This document shows, in pieces, positions 19,572 to 29,384 of a stretch of DNA of 64,000 nucleotides. The translations under genes were made by a program, and so were the position numbers. The stretch spans positions 1,312,001 to 1,376,000 of the forward strand of contig CAXXFL010000001.1 of assembly GCA_963674965.2 (NCBI GenBank), written 5' to 3'. The stretch comes from a bacterium (lineage in GTDB: Bacteria; RBG-13-61-14; DATKZS01). Numbering within the stretch: position 1 is the stretch's first letter; each line of letters begins with the position of its first letter. A model generated the notes under the pieces. The model was not told the DNA's origin and searched no databases. It worked only from the letters and a program-made list of their open reading frames with translations.

Positions 19572-21278
19572 TCAAGGATTCATGGCATAGGCGTCAACCT
19601 GAGAATAGACGTGCTTTTCCAGGACGCGGTTGAATTTATCCATGTCCACCGCCGGGCTCCTGAGCATTTTCAGGCATTGGTCTTTCTGGGCCTGAGTGGC
19701 CGCGGGCTTGCCGAAAATATCGACGGCGTAGCGGGAAAAATCGCGAACGTAGACGTCGAAAATCTCGTCCAGGAGGTCATAGTCGACGTTTTCCATTTGA
19801 GCGCTTTCAATAATCAACTGGCCGTAAGCCACCAGGGTGAATATTTCACCGACGCCCAAAAGAAAATCGAAATCGCCCGCCATCTGGTTGCCCAGTTCCA
19901 TTCCGGAGATCATTAAAAACTTTTCGAATTCCTTGATCTGCTCCTTGAAGATATTAACGTTAGGCAAATTAACCGAGTCATAAACCGGATGGAAATCATG
20001 AAACTGGGTTTTGCCATACCCGCGGGTTTTGCCCTGTTTAAAGAGGTAGTCGTCGTTCTGGCTCGAGTCCATTCTGCCGATTTTGGGGAAGTTGCCGGGA
20101 TTGAAAAAGAAGTTGGGCATCAGCTTGGCGATAAGCGCCATGTTGACGTGCCTTGTCCCCTCGAGCTTGGGGAAACCTTTAAGCTCGATTACGGCCTGCG
20201 AAAAATAGTTGTCCTTTTCAAAGCCCTTGGCCGCGATGACGTCCCACAGCATCTCGTGGACCTCTTCGCCCTGGATGGCGACCTTCATTTTCATGATCGG
20301 ATTGTAAAGGAGATATCTCTTATCGTCTGGACTTGCCGCCCGCATGTAATCCGTGGCGCGCAGCCCGAACAGTTTCATTCCGGCAAGGCGGCAGTAAGAA
20401 TCCATGAAAAGGCGCTTCACGTGGGGAAACTCGGTTACGAACTTGCCGTAGACCTTTCTGTGGGCGGCGTGGTTCAAGGCCTCGTAGAAAGAATGGGTGA
20501 CGATGCCGATCGAGCCGGAGCCGATATTGAATTTACAGATGTTGATGGTGTTGAGCATGTCGTCCCAGGCCTTGGGACCGCGCGCCGTAATGTCCGCGTC
20601 GGTGATGGGATAATCGTGAAGTTTGAACTCGGAAACATAGTTCTGGGCATGAATCACGTTCTGGACGCATTCATATTTTTCGTGATGAGAATCAACGACG
20701 AAGAAGACGTAATCATCGGTACCGTCAATCTTTCCGAACACCGTTATGGTCGAGGCCTCGTTGCCGTTGCCGATGTAGTACTTCGAGCCCCGGGCCAGGT
20801 AGGTCCCGTCCTGTTGCGGATACAGCTTCATCTCAGAGGAGTAGATATCCGCCCCGTGTTCTCTTTCCGACAAACCGAAGGCGCACAGCGGGTTTTCCCG
20901 CAAGGTCACAACGGCCTTTTGTTTGGCCGCTTCGTTGTCGCCCAGAAAGACCGGGTCCAGGCCAAGGGTGGAAACATGGAAGGCATACCAGTAAGCGGTG
21001 CCGTAGAAGCCGAGAATCTCGGAGAATTCGAACATTCGAAAAGTGCTGTAGTACTGGTCTTCGTCCCCGTATCCCTTTGGCAGGAAAAGGGTCTCGAAAA
21101 TCCGTTCCTTTTTAACGAATTCAGTAAAGTCATGGGTAAACTCGGCGGAGAGGTAATCCTCCTTCATTTTCTTCATGCCCTTATTTTCGAACCATTCGAT
21201 GGTTTTGATCATGATCTCGCGGGACCGCTCATCAGGGTAATCTCTGTCCTGATAGTTTTTAGGATTGAGTAGCAACAT
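19572..21278 (-). CDS. Acyl-CoA dehydrogenase
   Basis: AFGLSEREHGAD, GSKYYIGN, PKLEGT motifs; RBS AAGGAG. Confidence 0.92.
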   Translation of the reverse strand: MLLLNPKNYQDRDYPDERSREIMIKTIEWFENKGMKKMKEDYLSAEFTHDFTEFVKKERIFETLFLPKGYGDEDQYYSTFRMFEFSEILGFYGTAYWYAFHVSTLGLDPVFLGDNEAAKQKAVVTLRENPLCAFGLSEREHGADIYSSEMKLYPQQDGTYLARGSKYYIGNGNEASTITVFGKIDGTDDYVFFVVDSHHEKYECVQNVIHAQNYVSEFKLHDYPITDADITARGPKAWDDMLNTINICKFNIGSGSIGIVTHSFYEALNHAAHRKVYGKFVTEFPHVKRLFMDSYCRLAGMKLFGLRATDYMRAASPDDKRYLLYNPIMKMKVAIQGEEVHEMLWDVIAAKGFEKDNYFSQAVIELKGFPKLEGTRHVNMALIAKLMPNFFFNPGNFPKIGRMDSSQNDDYLFKQGKTRGYGKTQFHDFHPVYDSVNLPNVNIFKEQIKEFEKFLMISGMELGNQMAGDFDFLLGVGEIFTLVAYGQLIIESAQMENVDYDLLDEIFDVYVRDFSRYAVDIFGKPAATQAQKDQCLKMLRSPAVDMDKFNRVLEKHVYSQVDAYAMNP

Positions 21279-21520
21279 GACAAACTCCTTTTCAGTAAAT
21301 GTATTAATGTACTATTGCAAAACGTCGCGCGTAAATCAATTCGAGCGCGCCCTTGCATTACTTATCCATGCTATTCCAGGAGCCGCGCCAGAAACAAGGC
21401 TTGTCTCCAGTAAGTTTATCCGAATATCGGCGCTAATTAAACTTGCTGAAAATGATAACCGGAGATTTTGGAGAGACGATAAAACGAGGAACTGAAAAAC
21501 GCGGAGACATCTTTCGAAAC

Positions 21521-21931
21521 GCAGGGTGGCCCATCCCAAAATGCATGGGTGGCATGGCCGCGAGCTGAGCATTGATATTTTCTAATTCAAGCGCGTTTTT
21601 AACCTTATCCACTTCAAAAAGGGCCTTTCAATACGATTTGCGTCAGAAGCGTTCAGCCTGCGGCTTCGCCGCCCATGCAATATGCGTGGGGGACCCTGCG
21701 GCTGAGGGGGACCATGAAACCATGAAACCATGGGTGGCGCGGATAGCTCGCCTATCCGCGCGGCGAAAGCCGTTGGATATTCATGTACGCGCTCGGCGGA
21801 CCGTCGCTTCTTTCCCGCGCCTTCGGCGTCCAGATAGCTATCCGGGCCGCGCGGCGTCCTCGACCCATCCCGCTAGGCGGGACCCACGCGGTTTCTTCGC
21901 ACACGGGAGTTCAGCCCGCGGCCTCAGCCGC
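21521..21931. repeat. Cluster of nested inverted repeats and hairpins (REP/REPIN-like or structured RNA)
   Basis: Imperfect ~32-bp IR 21521-21553/21668-21699; perfect 10-bp IR 21698-21707/21922-21931; several internal hairpins. Confidence 0.6.
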
Positions 21932-21935
21932 CCCT

Positions 21936-22916
21936 TTAATCTTCAAGCGGCTCGATGCCGCAACTTTTACAGTTGCATCCCTTATCTCGAGACTTTTCCG
22001 GGGAGCTCGAGCCCCACCCGTTGATGAGGCGGAGGCTGACGCCGTTTTTGGTTTTGCGGCCGACCGAGTCGGGAGCGGGGCTTAGGTTTTGGCCGCAGGA
22101 CTGGCATCCTACCGCGGGTCCCTTGGGGCTGGAGTCTTCGGCCAGCTTCATCTCGAGCAGCCGGTGGAGTATCTCGGACTGGGGCATGGGCGGTTCCGGG
22201 CTTTGGTTTTTTTCCTCCTCCAGTTCCTCCCAGTTTCCCGTCGTCAAGATGGGCGTTCCCAGCCTGATGAGCTTGCGTTGCTCGAGATCGAGTCTTTGGG
22301 CGGCCACGGCGCGGGACCTCTTGACTGCCTCGGCCCCGGCGTCCCGGGCAAGGGTCGCGTGAAGCTTCTCGATGGTATAGTCGAGTCCATGGCAGATGAC
22401 GTCGTAGCGAGCGATATACTGGCGCTCGCCTTTTTCGTCTTCCTTGACCAGTTTGGTCAGCAGGATATCCACGGGTTCTCCGATGCCGGCTATGATGGCG
22501 AAGTCCTCGAGGGAGTAAGGCGGCTTGGGCGCGAACTGGCCCAGGTCGGCGCCGGGGATGAGAGCGGTGAGAGAGAAGGGCACGTGGTCGCACTCGACGC
22601 CGGCGGCGGTCAGGGCCTCGATATCGTTTTGCAGCCTCACGTTGGCTATGAGGAAGGCCATGGCCGCCCTTCTTACCGGTTTAAGCTGGTGTCCGGAGGC
22701 GTAGGTTTTCTCGAACCGGACCTTTATATATCCGCACTCGACGCTGAAGAAGGCCGACAGCTCGAAGAGGTCCTCCGATCCCGACTTCACCAGGGAACGC
22801 CCGGAAAGGCTGGGCCGTATAATCGTCTTGACCTTGGCGCCGCTTTCCGCCAGGGCCAGAACGTCCTGGACCGACTCGGGCTTGCTTACCTGGACCCATA
22901 TGGCGTCTTCTTTCAT
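21936..22916 (-). CDS. Hypothetical protein with internal domain duplication and two C-terminal CxxC motifs
   Basis: 326-aa ORF starting immediately after the upstream gene's stop; CQSC and CKSC. Confidence 0.75.
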   Translation of the reverse strand: MKEDAIWVQVSKPESVQDVLALAESGAKVKTIIRPSLSGRSLVKSGSEDLFELSAFFSVECGYIKVRFEKTYASGHQLKPVRRAAMAFLIANVRLQNDIEALTAAGVECDHVPFSLTALIPGADLGQFAPKPPYSLEDFAIIAGIGEPVDILLTKLVKEDEKGERQYIARYDVICHGLDYTIEKLHATLARDAGAEAVKRSRAVAAQRLDLEQRKLIRLGTPILTTGNWEELEEEKNQSPEPPMPQSEILHRLLEMKLAEDSSPKGPAVGCQSCGQNLSPAPDSVGRKTKNGVSLRLINGWGSSSPEKSRDKGCNCKSCGIEPLED

Positions 22917-22917
22917 G

Positions 22918-23880
22918 TCAATACCTCGTTTCCTTTTTGTCGGGGTCCCTGAGGATGTCGCTCAGGTAATAGCGCGAGTAAAGCGCCCCGACCGGGTTGT
23001 TGGCCAGCGACTTGTCCTTGACGAAGAGGGTCGTGCAGGGAGCGTCGCTGTGCTCGGTAAAAAGGATGTCGCAACCCACGCACAGACCGATAACCAGGTT
23101 AAGGTCGGTACCCGCGGCGTTCAGGGCCATGGCCTGGCCGATCGAGTTGCACGAGTCCGCGTGGCCTCCGTGGGGATGGGAATGCTCGGGAGGTCCCTGC
23201 GCCCCTATCCGGCACGAAACGGGCACGACCTCGAAGAAGCGTTCCAGGACGCCCGTCAGTATCTCGGCCTCCTTGAACATCTCGACGCAAAAGGCCAGAC
23301 CGACCTTCTTGTAGCCCATGCCCACGGCGAAGTGCACGACCTCGGCCACGCGGCACATCTTTTCCTCCTGCTCCCAGGCCACGTCAAGCGCCACTTCATG
23401 GATGTGCCGCTCCCTCTCGTCCTCCTGGTCCGGGTCCGAGGGGGCCTCCATGTGGCAATCCTCACCGCGGAGGCAGCGCCTGGATTTGCAAGAGATGCAG
23501 TTGACCTCGCCCGGCTCGATATGGCGCTCGGCCGGGCGCTTGATCTCGATCTTTTCGCTGATCCCGAAGCCCGGCGCCAGGGTCCCGTCGATATAGGCCT
23601 TGAGAACGTCGTCAACCTCGCCCGCCACGTTGTTGATCACCCTGATGCCGCTCGCCTCGGCCTCCTCGATGAACTCCTTGCCCGCGCCGCCGCAGATGAA
23701 TACGTTAACGTTAAGGTCAACGAGCTGGTCCAGGAAAATCTCCTCGGACATGCCCTCGACCGCGCAAAGGTCGCTCGATTGCACTTTGCCGTGCTTTATT
23801 CGCGCCACGATCATGTCGCTGGCGAACATGCAGCGGGGCGACACTCTCGAGCCGAAAATTGGAATCGCTATCTTCATCAT
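22918..23880 (-). CDS. NifB/NifX-like metal-cluster-binding domain fused to DUF1847-like domain
   Basis: MKIAIP...RVSPR...ICGG N-terminus; KKVGLAFC, CNSIGQA, GLCVGCD, KDKSLANNP C-terminus; RBS GGAGG. Confidence 0.85.
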   Translation of the reverse strand: MMKIAIPIFGSRVSPRCMFASDMIVARIKHGKVQSSDLCAVEGMSEEIFLDQLVDLNVNVFICGGAGKEFIEEAEASGIRVINNVAGEVDDVLKAYIDGTLAPGFGISEKIEIKRPAERHIEPGEVNCISCKSRRCLRGEDCHMEAPSDPDQEDERERHIHEVALDVAWEQEEKMCRVAEVVHFAVGMGYKKVGLAFCVEMFKEAEILTGVLERFFEVVPVSCRIGAQGPPEHSHPHGGHADSCNSIGQAMALNAAGTDLNLVIGLCVGCDILFTEHSDAPCTTLFVKDKSLANNPVGALYSRYYLSDILRDPDKKETRY

Positions 23881-23901
23881 TGATCCTCCGCCCCGATTAA
23901 A

Positions 23902-23917
23902 AGCAAAGGCCAAGCCA
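23902..23917 (-). promoter_or_regulatory. Putative sigma54 promoter
   Basis: Minus strand TGGCTTGGCCTTTGCT with GG-N10-GC spacing just upstream of the RBS. Confidence 0.5.
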
Positions 23918-24117
23918 ACGGGACCTGGGCAAGAAAAATTATTTGGGATAGTCGGGAGGAGTCGAAACTCGAGGCGCGAGCCTCCCTGGAAAAAGTTCTT
24001 TTACATTAGCATCTTTATATTCAAGTCCTGGTTTGCCGAGCAAAATAGTAGTCATTTAAAATATTCTTTAATGAAAGATTAAAATCCTTTAACAATCGGT
24101 TTTTCTTTACCTTTATA

Positions 24118-24167
24118 GCGTTGCAATTGGCGTAGCGAGACGCGTTGCACAACCGTCTAATGCAACG
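24118..24167. promoter_or_regulatory. Putative enhancer-binding-protein UAS
   Basis: GCGTTGCA repeated, and palindrome CGTTGCA-N11-TGCAACG (24143-24167), between two sigma54-like promoters. Confidence 0.5.
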
Positions 24168-24280
24168 AAGAAGCGGGCTGATTCCATGCCGGTATAAGAT
24201 GGCCGCCCGCCGCGTTCAAAGCGAATATCTTCTTTGATCCTTGGGCCTTAAGGGCCGCCGCCCAAGTAAATATCGGATAA

Positions 24281-24296
24281 TGGCACGAGCGTTGCT
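24281..24296 (+). promoter_or_regulatory. Sigma54 (-24/-12) promoter
   Basis: TGGCACG-AGCG-TTGCT, a perfect consensus match. Confidence 0.85.
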
Positions 24297-24361
24297 CTTA
24301 ATGGCGGTGGAATAGGAAAAAGAAAGTTTCACCCGCCATACTAAATAACATGGAGGCCCTG

Positions 24362-25777
24362 ATGGGAGTAATAACGATAAACGGACATGAAAGAACGGGC
24401 GAGAAATGGGAGCGAATGGAGTCCGGCATATCCGCTTCACCCGCACGGGTGGAACTGGACGGCCGGGAAAAGCCACTTTATCGCGAGGGCCTCGGGGCCG
24501 CCTTTATCAAATGCCTTGGCCGGCTGATGGAAAATCCCGTTTATAAAAACGCGATGGATAATTACGTTGCCGCGATGGGCCCCTGCGAGAGCTGCCCCGT
24601 TAACTGCCCCATAAAAGACGCGGCCGACGGCCATGGCGGACGGCCCTGCGACCGGGCCTCCGCGCTCGTCCGGACCTACCGCCGTTATTTCGGGGAAGAC
24701 CGCGATCTTTCCGGCGGGGAACTCGAGGACCTAGACGTTCTAGACATGGAGAAGAATTTCTGGGAATGCCTGAATTGCGGGGCCTGCCTGGAGGGCTGCT
24801 CGCGAGGCGCCGACTCGGGCATGATCATAAGGCTTGGCAGGATGGCCCTGATGGATATCGGGCTTGGCCCTCGCGAAATACTCGAGATGGCCGGCGAGCA
24901 GCTCGAGGGGGAACGGGGAAACACGGCGGCCGTTCCGGCCGAGGCGGTCAAACGGACGCTCGATCTACTCGAGGAGGAGATGGCCGACGAGCTGGGCCTC
25001 GAGGTGGAGGCGCCCATGGACAAGAAAAACTCGCGCTTCCTTTTCGTTCCCTCCATTGGCGAGATCATGGCCGAAACCGACGCCCTCATGGGCTTCGCCG
25101 CCGTGATGCGGGCAGCGGGGCTTGGAGGCGACTGGACCATGGGGTCGGGGCATATGGACGCCTCCAATCCGGGACTTTACTACAGCGACGAGGCGTGGGA
25201 AAAAACGGTCGCCCGGCTCCTTCTCGAGGTAAACCTTCTGGGAGCCAAGGCCGTAGTCATTGGAGAGAGCGGGCACGGGGCCAGGGCCGCCAAGGTCGGC
25301 GTCCCTCTTTACGGAAGAGGAGTGGGCGTACCCGTGCTGAGCGCCGTGGAACTTACCTATAAACTGCTGGAAGCGGGAAGGCTGCATCTAAAACCCGGCG
25401 CCATCGAGGGAAAAGTCACCTATCACGACCCCTGCAACGTCGCCAGGAGCGGCTGGATTACCGAGCAGCCAAGGCGGGTACTGGCCGGGATTTGCGATAA
25501 CTTAGTCGAGATGACGCCCCATTCGGAGAAGAACTACTGCTGCGGAGGAGGAGGCGGACCGGCTAACGAATCGAATTACAAGTTCAGAATGGAGGTGGCC
25601 GGATTAAAAAAGGCGGAGCAACTCGCCGGCACGCGGGCCGATTACGTGGTCACCATTTGCGACGACTGTAAAAGGCAACTGCGGGACCTCATCCATTATC
25701 ACGGCCTGAACATGGAAGTCGTGGGACTGCATGACCTGGTTTTGCGCTCGATCGACTGGAAGACGGTTTCATCCTGA
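24362..25777 (+). CDS. (Fe-S)-binding CCG-domain protein (HdrD/TmcB/HmcF-like)
   Basis: CLNCGACLEGC, TYHDPCN, CCGGGGG, ICDDC; ATG 24362 after GGAGG. Confidence 0.85.
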   Translation: MGVITINGHERTGEKWERMESGISASPARVELDGREKPLYREGLGAAFIKCLGRLMENPVYKNAMDNYVAAMGPCESCPVNCPIKDAADGHGGRPCDRASALVRTYRRYFGEDRDLSGGELEDLDVLDMEKNFWECLNCGACLEGCSRGADSGMIIRLGRMALMDIGLGPREILEMAGEQLEGERGNTAAVPAEAVKRTLDLLEEEMADELGLEVEAPMDKKNSRFLFVPSIGEIMAETDALMGFAAVMRAAGLGGDWTMGSGHMDASNPGLYYSDEAWEKTVARLLLEVNLLGAKAVVIGESGHGARAAKVGVPLYGRGVGVPVLSAVELTYKLLEAGRLHLKPGAIEGKVTYHDPCNVARSGWITEQPRRVLAGICDNLVEMTPHSEKNYCCGGGGGPANESNYKFRMEVAGLKKAEQLAGTRADYVVTICDDCKRQLRDLIHYHGLNMEVVGLHDLVLRSIDWKTVSS

Positions 25778-25813
25778 GCCTTGGCAAATTTTTGAAACCC
25801 AAGTGTATCGATC

Positions 25814-26623
25814 TTACTCGTCATGGGTGACGCATACTTTCCTGAACATCTCGATCAGGCCGGTGGCGAGGAAATAAGCGGCGTCGGGTCTTAAGTTGGC
25901 CTCGATCGTTTTATCGAACAATATGGAGACTCGGCTCTCGAAGGCCCCCTCTTTTTTCCAGTGGGCGAAAAGCATGGGGACCTTGGGGAGGGGAAGAAGA
26001 ACGCGGGCGAAATCGGCCGATGTGATGTCCTCCCTCGGCTCCTTGCCGAAAATGTCCAGCACGTTGTAGATCGTCTCCGTATGCTCGTCGGCCAGGCGGT
26101 GGAAGGCCGCCTCGGCTCGGTAGGCGAAGAACCTCTCCCAGTCCCGAGCGTACTTCAGGTCGCGGAAGGCGGCCCATTCCCCGGCCGGGTCCAGGCCCTT
26201 GCCATAGACCACGTAGGCTAAAAGGGGCGCGTAAACCCATCCGTTGACGTGACACTGGACGTGAAGTCCGCCGGCGCGGTCGATCTGGAAGGCCCGTCCC
26301 AACATGCGGATGGCGAGCCGGCCGTCCTGTACCTCTCCCCCCAGCCGGGCGGCCGCGTCCTCGAAGTCCATATCCCTGATAAAGCCCCGCAGTTCCTCGA
26401 TCAGGTCCTCCCGCCTGTCCTCGGGAGCCGGCTCTTCCTCGACGACGGCTGAATCGAGAAGTGTGAGAATCTCGGGTTTCAAATAAGGACAATCGGCCGG
26501 GTCTTTTTGCTCCTGGATAACCAAGGCGGAAAAGGCCATGCAGTTGGGAAGGCCGCACTCGCCGCAGTTGTCGCGTTTGGTGTTCTTGAATACTTCCATA
26601 GCCGTGACGCCCGACTTGGCCAT
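25814..26623 (-). CDS. Fe-S cluster domain plus DUF3786-like protein
   Basis: NCGECGLPNCMAF...CPYL N-terminus; PLPKVPML...FESRVSILFD. Confidence 0.85.
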   Translation of the reverse strand: MAKSGVTAMEVFKNTKRDNCGECGLPNCMAFSALVIQEQKDPADCPYLKPEILTLLDSAVVEEEPAPEDRREDLIEELRGFIRDMDFEDAAARLGGEVQDGRLAIRMLGRAFQIDRAGGLHVQCHVNGWVYAPLLAYVVYGKGLDPAGEWAAFRDLKYARDWERFFAYRAEAAFHRLADEHTETIYNVLDIFGKEPREDITSADFARVLLPLPKVPMLFAHWKKEGAFESRVSILFDKTIEANLRPDAAYFLATGLIEMFRKVCVTHDE

Positions 26624-27092
26624 AACAAACCTCCGTCCAAGGCCCGAGGTATAAGGGCCTCGCTTCCTTTAAGTATGCCTCAATTTTCCGAACATATCAT
26701 TTCCGTGCATCTTTCAAGAGGCCCAATTGCCAGTAGTAGGCCTCCTTTTTCCAGCCGGCGAGAGCGAGGGCCTATTGCGCGTGTAAGGCTTACTGGCTCT
26801 CGTTTAACGCTGTAAAACTTCAATGAGTGGTCGTTCAATCTATTCAAATCATTTCTAAATTCGCAGGCAATGCAGTTATAGTTGTAGTGCCAGATAAGCT
26901 GCTTTGAATATGTTTCTATTGTCCCGCTGGACAGCTCGACCTCTAATTCCAATGAAAATATTTGGTTCTACGTAATTTAGTGTGGGTGATAACCAAAGAT
27001 GCGTTTATCGCTTTTAAGGCTTCCAGCGGGGAATAGGGAAAAGTCCGGAACTGGCCCGGCCCCTGGTAAGAATAATCGTCCGATCGCAAGCC

Positions 27093-27587
27093 ATGACCAT
27101 CGTTACCAGAACAAGAACGATCCCCGTCGGTATTATTCCCGTCTTCCCCTTCGATGTATTCATTTGGGACTCCCTGGAGTTTCTCCATGTTCTCATCGTG
27201 GCCCTGGACCGCATGGACTCCCTGCCGGCCGCGCTTTGGATCGTACTGGCTTCCCTCGAGGTGGCGGGGGCCACCGTGCTCTGGCCTTCCCACCATTTCG
27301 CCGCCTACATGATTACTGCCTTTCCCCTCGGTCTCGAGGCCCTGATCATCGCCTCGAGTCGGTGGTCGGAAAAGTCCCCCAGCCCCTTTGGCGGCCCCTT
27401 CCTCCTCTTCAGTCTCGGCCACGCGAGCGCGGCCCTCATACCACCCTTGATCACCGCGCCCATAACCATTATGCTCGCGGTCCACGTGCTAATTCAGTTC
27501 GGCCTCCTCTGGTGCATGAGTTACGCGTCCCTTATCGAGACCTACCGGGTCGAGCTGCGGCTCGAGAACGAAAATGATTTTTCGTAG
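27093..27587 (+). CDS. Putative membrane protein
   Basis: Several hydrophobic segments; start uncertain. Confidence 0.45.
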   Translation: MTIVTRTRTIPVGIIPVFPFDVFIWDSLEFLHVLIVALDRMDSLPAALWIVLASLEVAGATVLWPSHHFAAYMITAFPLGLEALIIASSRWSEKSPSPFGGPFLLFSLGHASAALIPPLITAPITIMLAVHVLIQFGLLWCMSYASLIETYRVELRLENENDFS

Positions 27588-27684
27588 GGCCATGGGAAGC
27601 TTATCACTACTCACTCGCCTCGCGTCGCGAGAGCCACACGAGATTATCAAAACCGATGGCCCATCCGGCGATATTTTTCGCCGC

Positions 27685-28038
27685 TTAATATTCGTGGGTC
27701 CCGACCTTGACGGGCAGGCCGGTGGACTCCTCGATATGCTTTATCATCAGGTCCAGGTTCATGGGGCAGTTCATGAGGGTCTTGGCCTTTCTCACGCAGG
27801 TGGAGAAAAATATCTCGTCGACCTTTTCTCCCAGGCTTTCGAGGACCGTCATCTGGAGGGCTATCTTGGGGATGACCAGGCCGGGGCAGTCCCCGCAGCC
27901 GGTCTTGAAGACGATCCGGTATTCGTCGTCGGCGAAAGCGTGAGTTCTATTGTTGACCGCCTTGAAACATTTGGCGCACCCGACGCAGCTCCTGTCCTGA
28001 ATGCGCTCGCAAAAGATCAACCCGATATTCTTGGCCAT
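27685..28038 (-). CDS. CGGC-domain small Cys-rich protein
   Basis: CVGCAKC, CGDCPG, STC, NCP, terminal GTH. Confidence 0.85.
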   Translation of the reverse strand: MAKNIGLIFCERIQDRSCVGCAKCFKAVNNRTHAFADDEYRIVFKTGCGDCPGLVIPKIALQMTVLESLGEKVDEIFFSTCVRKAKTLMNCPMNLDLMIKHIEESTGLPVKVGTHEY

Positions 28039-28140
28039 AACTAAAGCCTCCCTGCAAACTTCCCGTAACTGCCATCAACATGCCCGCGCGGCAAAAGTCT
28101 TTCAGCGGTTTCGACCGCGAAGCGGACCGGCGAAAAAGCT

Positions 28141-29268
28141 TCACCTTTTTTTGAGCATGCACTCCTCGCTGAGGAAACCCTTGTTTTTATACTCGACGAA
28201 CATTCTTCCCCACTGGTTTTCTTTTTTCCAGTTCCGGTAAATCTGTCTTTCCTTGAGGGGCCAATGGATAAAGTCGTGGTTGACCTCGGAGACCATGATG
28301 GGGAACTTCACCAGGCTGGTCTTGAAGATCAGGTCCTGGAATGCCTTGGTGGGACCGTACCATGAGAGCCATCCCAGGAACTTGTGGAAGGACTGGCCCA
28401 CCTCGAAGCCCCAGTTCTGTCCCTCGATGCTATCCCCCACGATCTCGATTTCTTTCACGTCCCCAATGCCCAGCTTGTCCTCATGGGCTATGCGGATGAA
28501 GTCGAGCTTCAGAGGGTCGAAGCCCATCATCTTGGCCGCCACCGCGTCGATGGCCACCTGGTCGGAACTGGCGATGATGACGTTCTTCTCGACCGGGGTC
28601 ATGGTGCGGGGTCCGGGCCCGTTTCCGGCCATGGTCCCGTCCATCACGGCGAAGACGCCGGGATGGATTTCCTTCTGGATGGCCAGAAGGTCGACCAGCA
28701 CCTCGTGAATCCAGGAGTGGGTGTAATGGCGGTGATTGTAAAGAAGGCCGCCAAAGGCGTTCTTCATGGCCCCGGTGGTGGTGGTGTAGATGTGGCACTT
28801 CATGGTGGGAAGGTGGACCACGTTCTTGCCCATGAAATAATCGGGGATGCGGATGCCCTCCGGGTAGATATGATCGAGAGCGTGCATGGTGGCCTCGGGC
28901 TTGTACTCGACCCACGTCATGTCGCTTTCCTTGTAGTTGTACTTGACGGGTACCTCGTATTCCTTGAAGAGAGGAACGTAGCAGTTTAAGTCCTCCCCCT
29001 TGTGCGTGTCGATCACCACCGTCTCGTTCTGCACGCACACCTGGTCATCGAAGCCCAGGGCCTTGAGGCCCAGGATGGTCCCTTCCAACTGCCATGGAGT
29101 GGTGTTGGCCGAAGGCATCGGATAATGCCAGGAAATGTTGTCCTTGATGATGGTGGGGACCGTCGGGTCAAGGGCCTCCTTGGCCCCGGCCATCTCGATG
29201 AGCCGAGCGTAGTCGGCAAGCACCGTCTCGGGCCTCGTAAAAAGCACGGCAACCTTAGCTTTCGCCAT
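28141..29268 (-). CDS. DUF362-domain protein
   Basis: IIKDNISWH, TMKCH...TGAMKNAFG, DQVAIDAV; RBS AAGGAG. Confidence 0.85.
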   Translation of the reverse strand: MAKAKVAVLFTRPETVLADYARLIEMAGAKEALDPTVPTIIKDNISWHYPMPSANTTPWQLEGTILGLKALGFDDQVCVQNETVVIDTHKGEDLNCYVPLFKEYEVPVKYNYKESDMTWVEYKPEATMHALDHIYPEGIRIPDYFMGKNVVHLPTMKCHIYTTTTGAMKNAFGGLLYNHRHYTHSWIHEVLVDLLAIQKEIHPGVFAVMDGTMAGNGPGPRTMTPVEKNVIIASSDQVAIDAVAAKMMGFDPLKLDFIRIAHEDKLGIGDVKEIEIVGDSIEGQNWGFEVGQSFHKFLGWLSWYGPTKAFQDLIFKTSLVKFPIMVSEVNHDFIHWPLKERQIYRNWKKENQWGRMFVEYKNKGFLSEECMLKKR

Positions 29269-29384
29269 CAATGTTTCTCCTTGTGCCAAAGTAAAGAGAG
29301 CGAGGGATCGGTCTCTTCCCTATATATCGTATCCCCAAAAATGAAATTGTTCCAAAAGTCGCGGAGTCGCGAGGACTTTATTTG

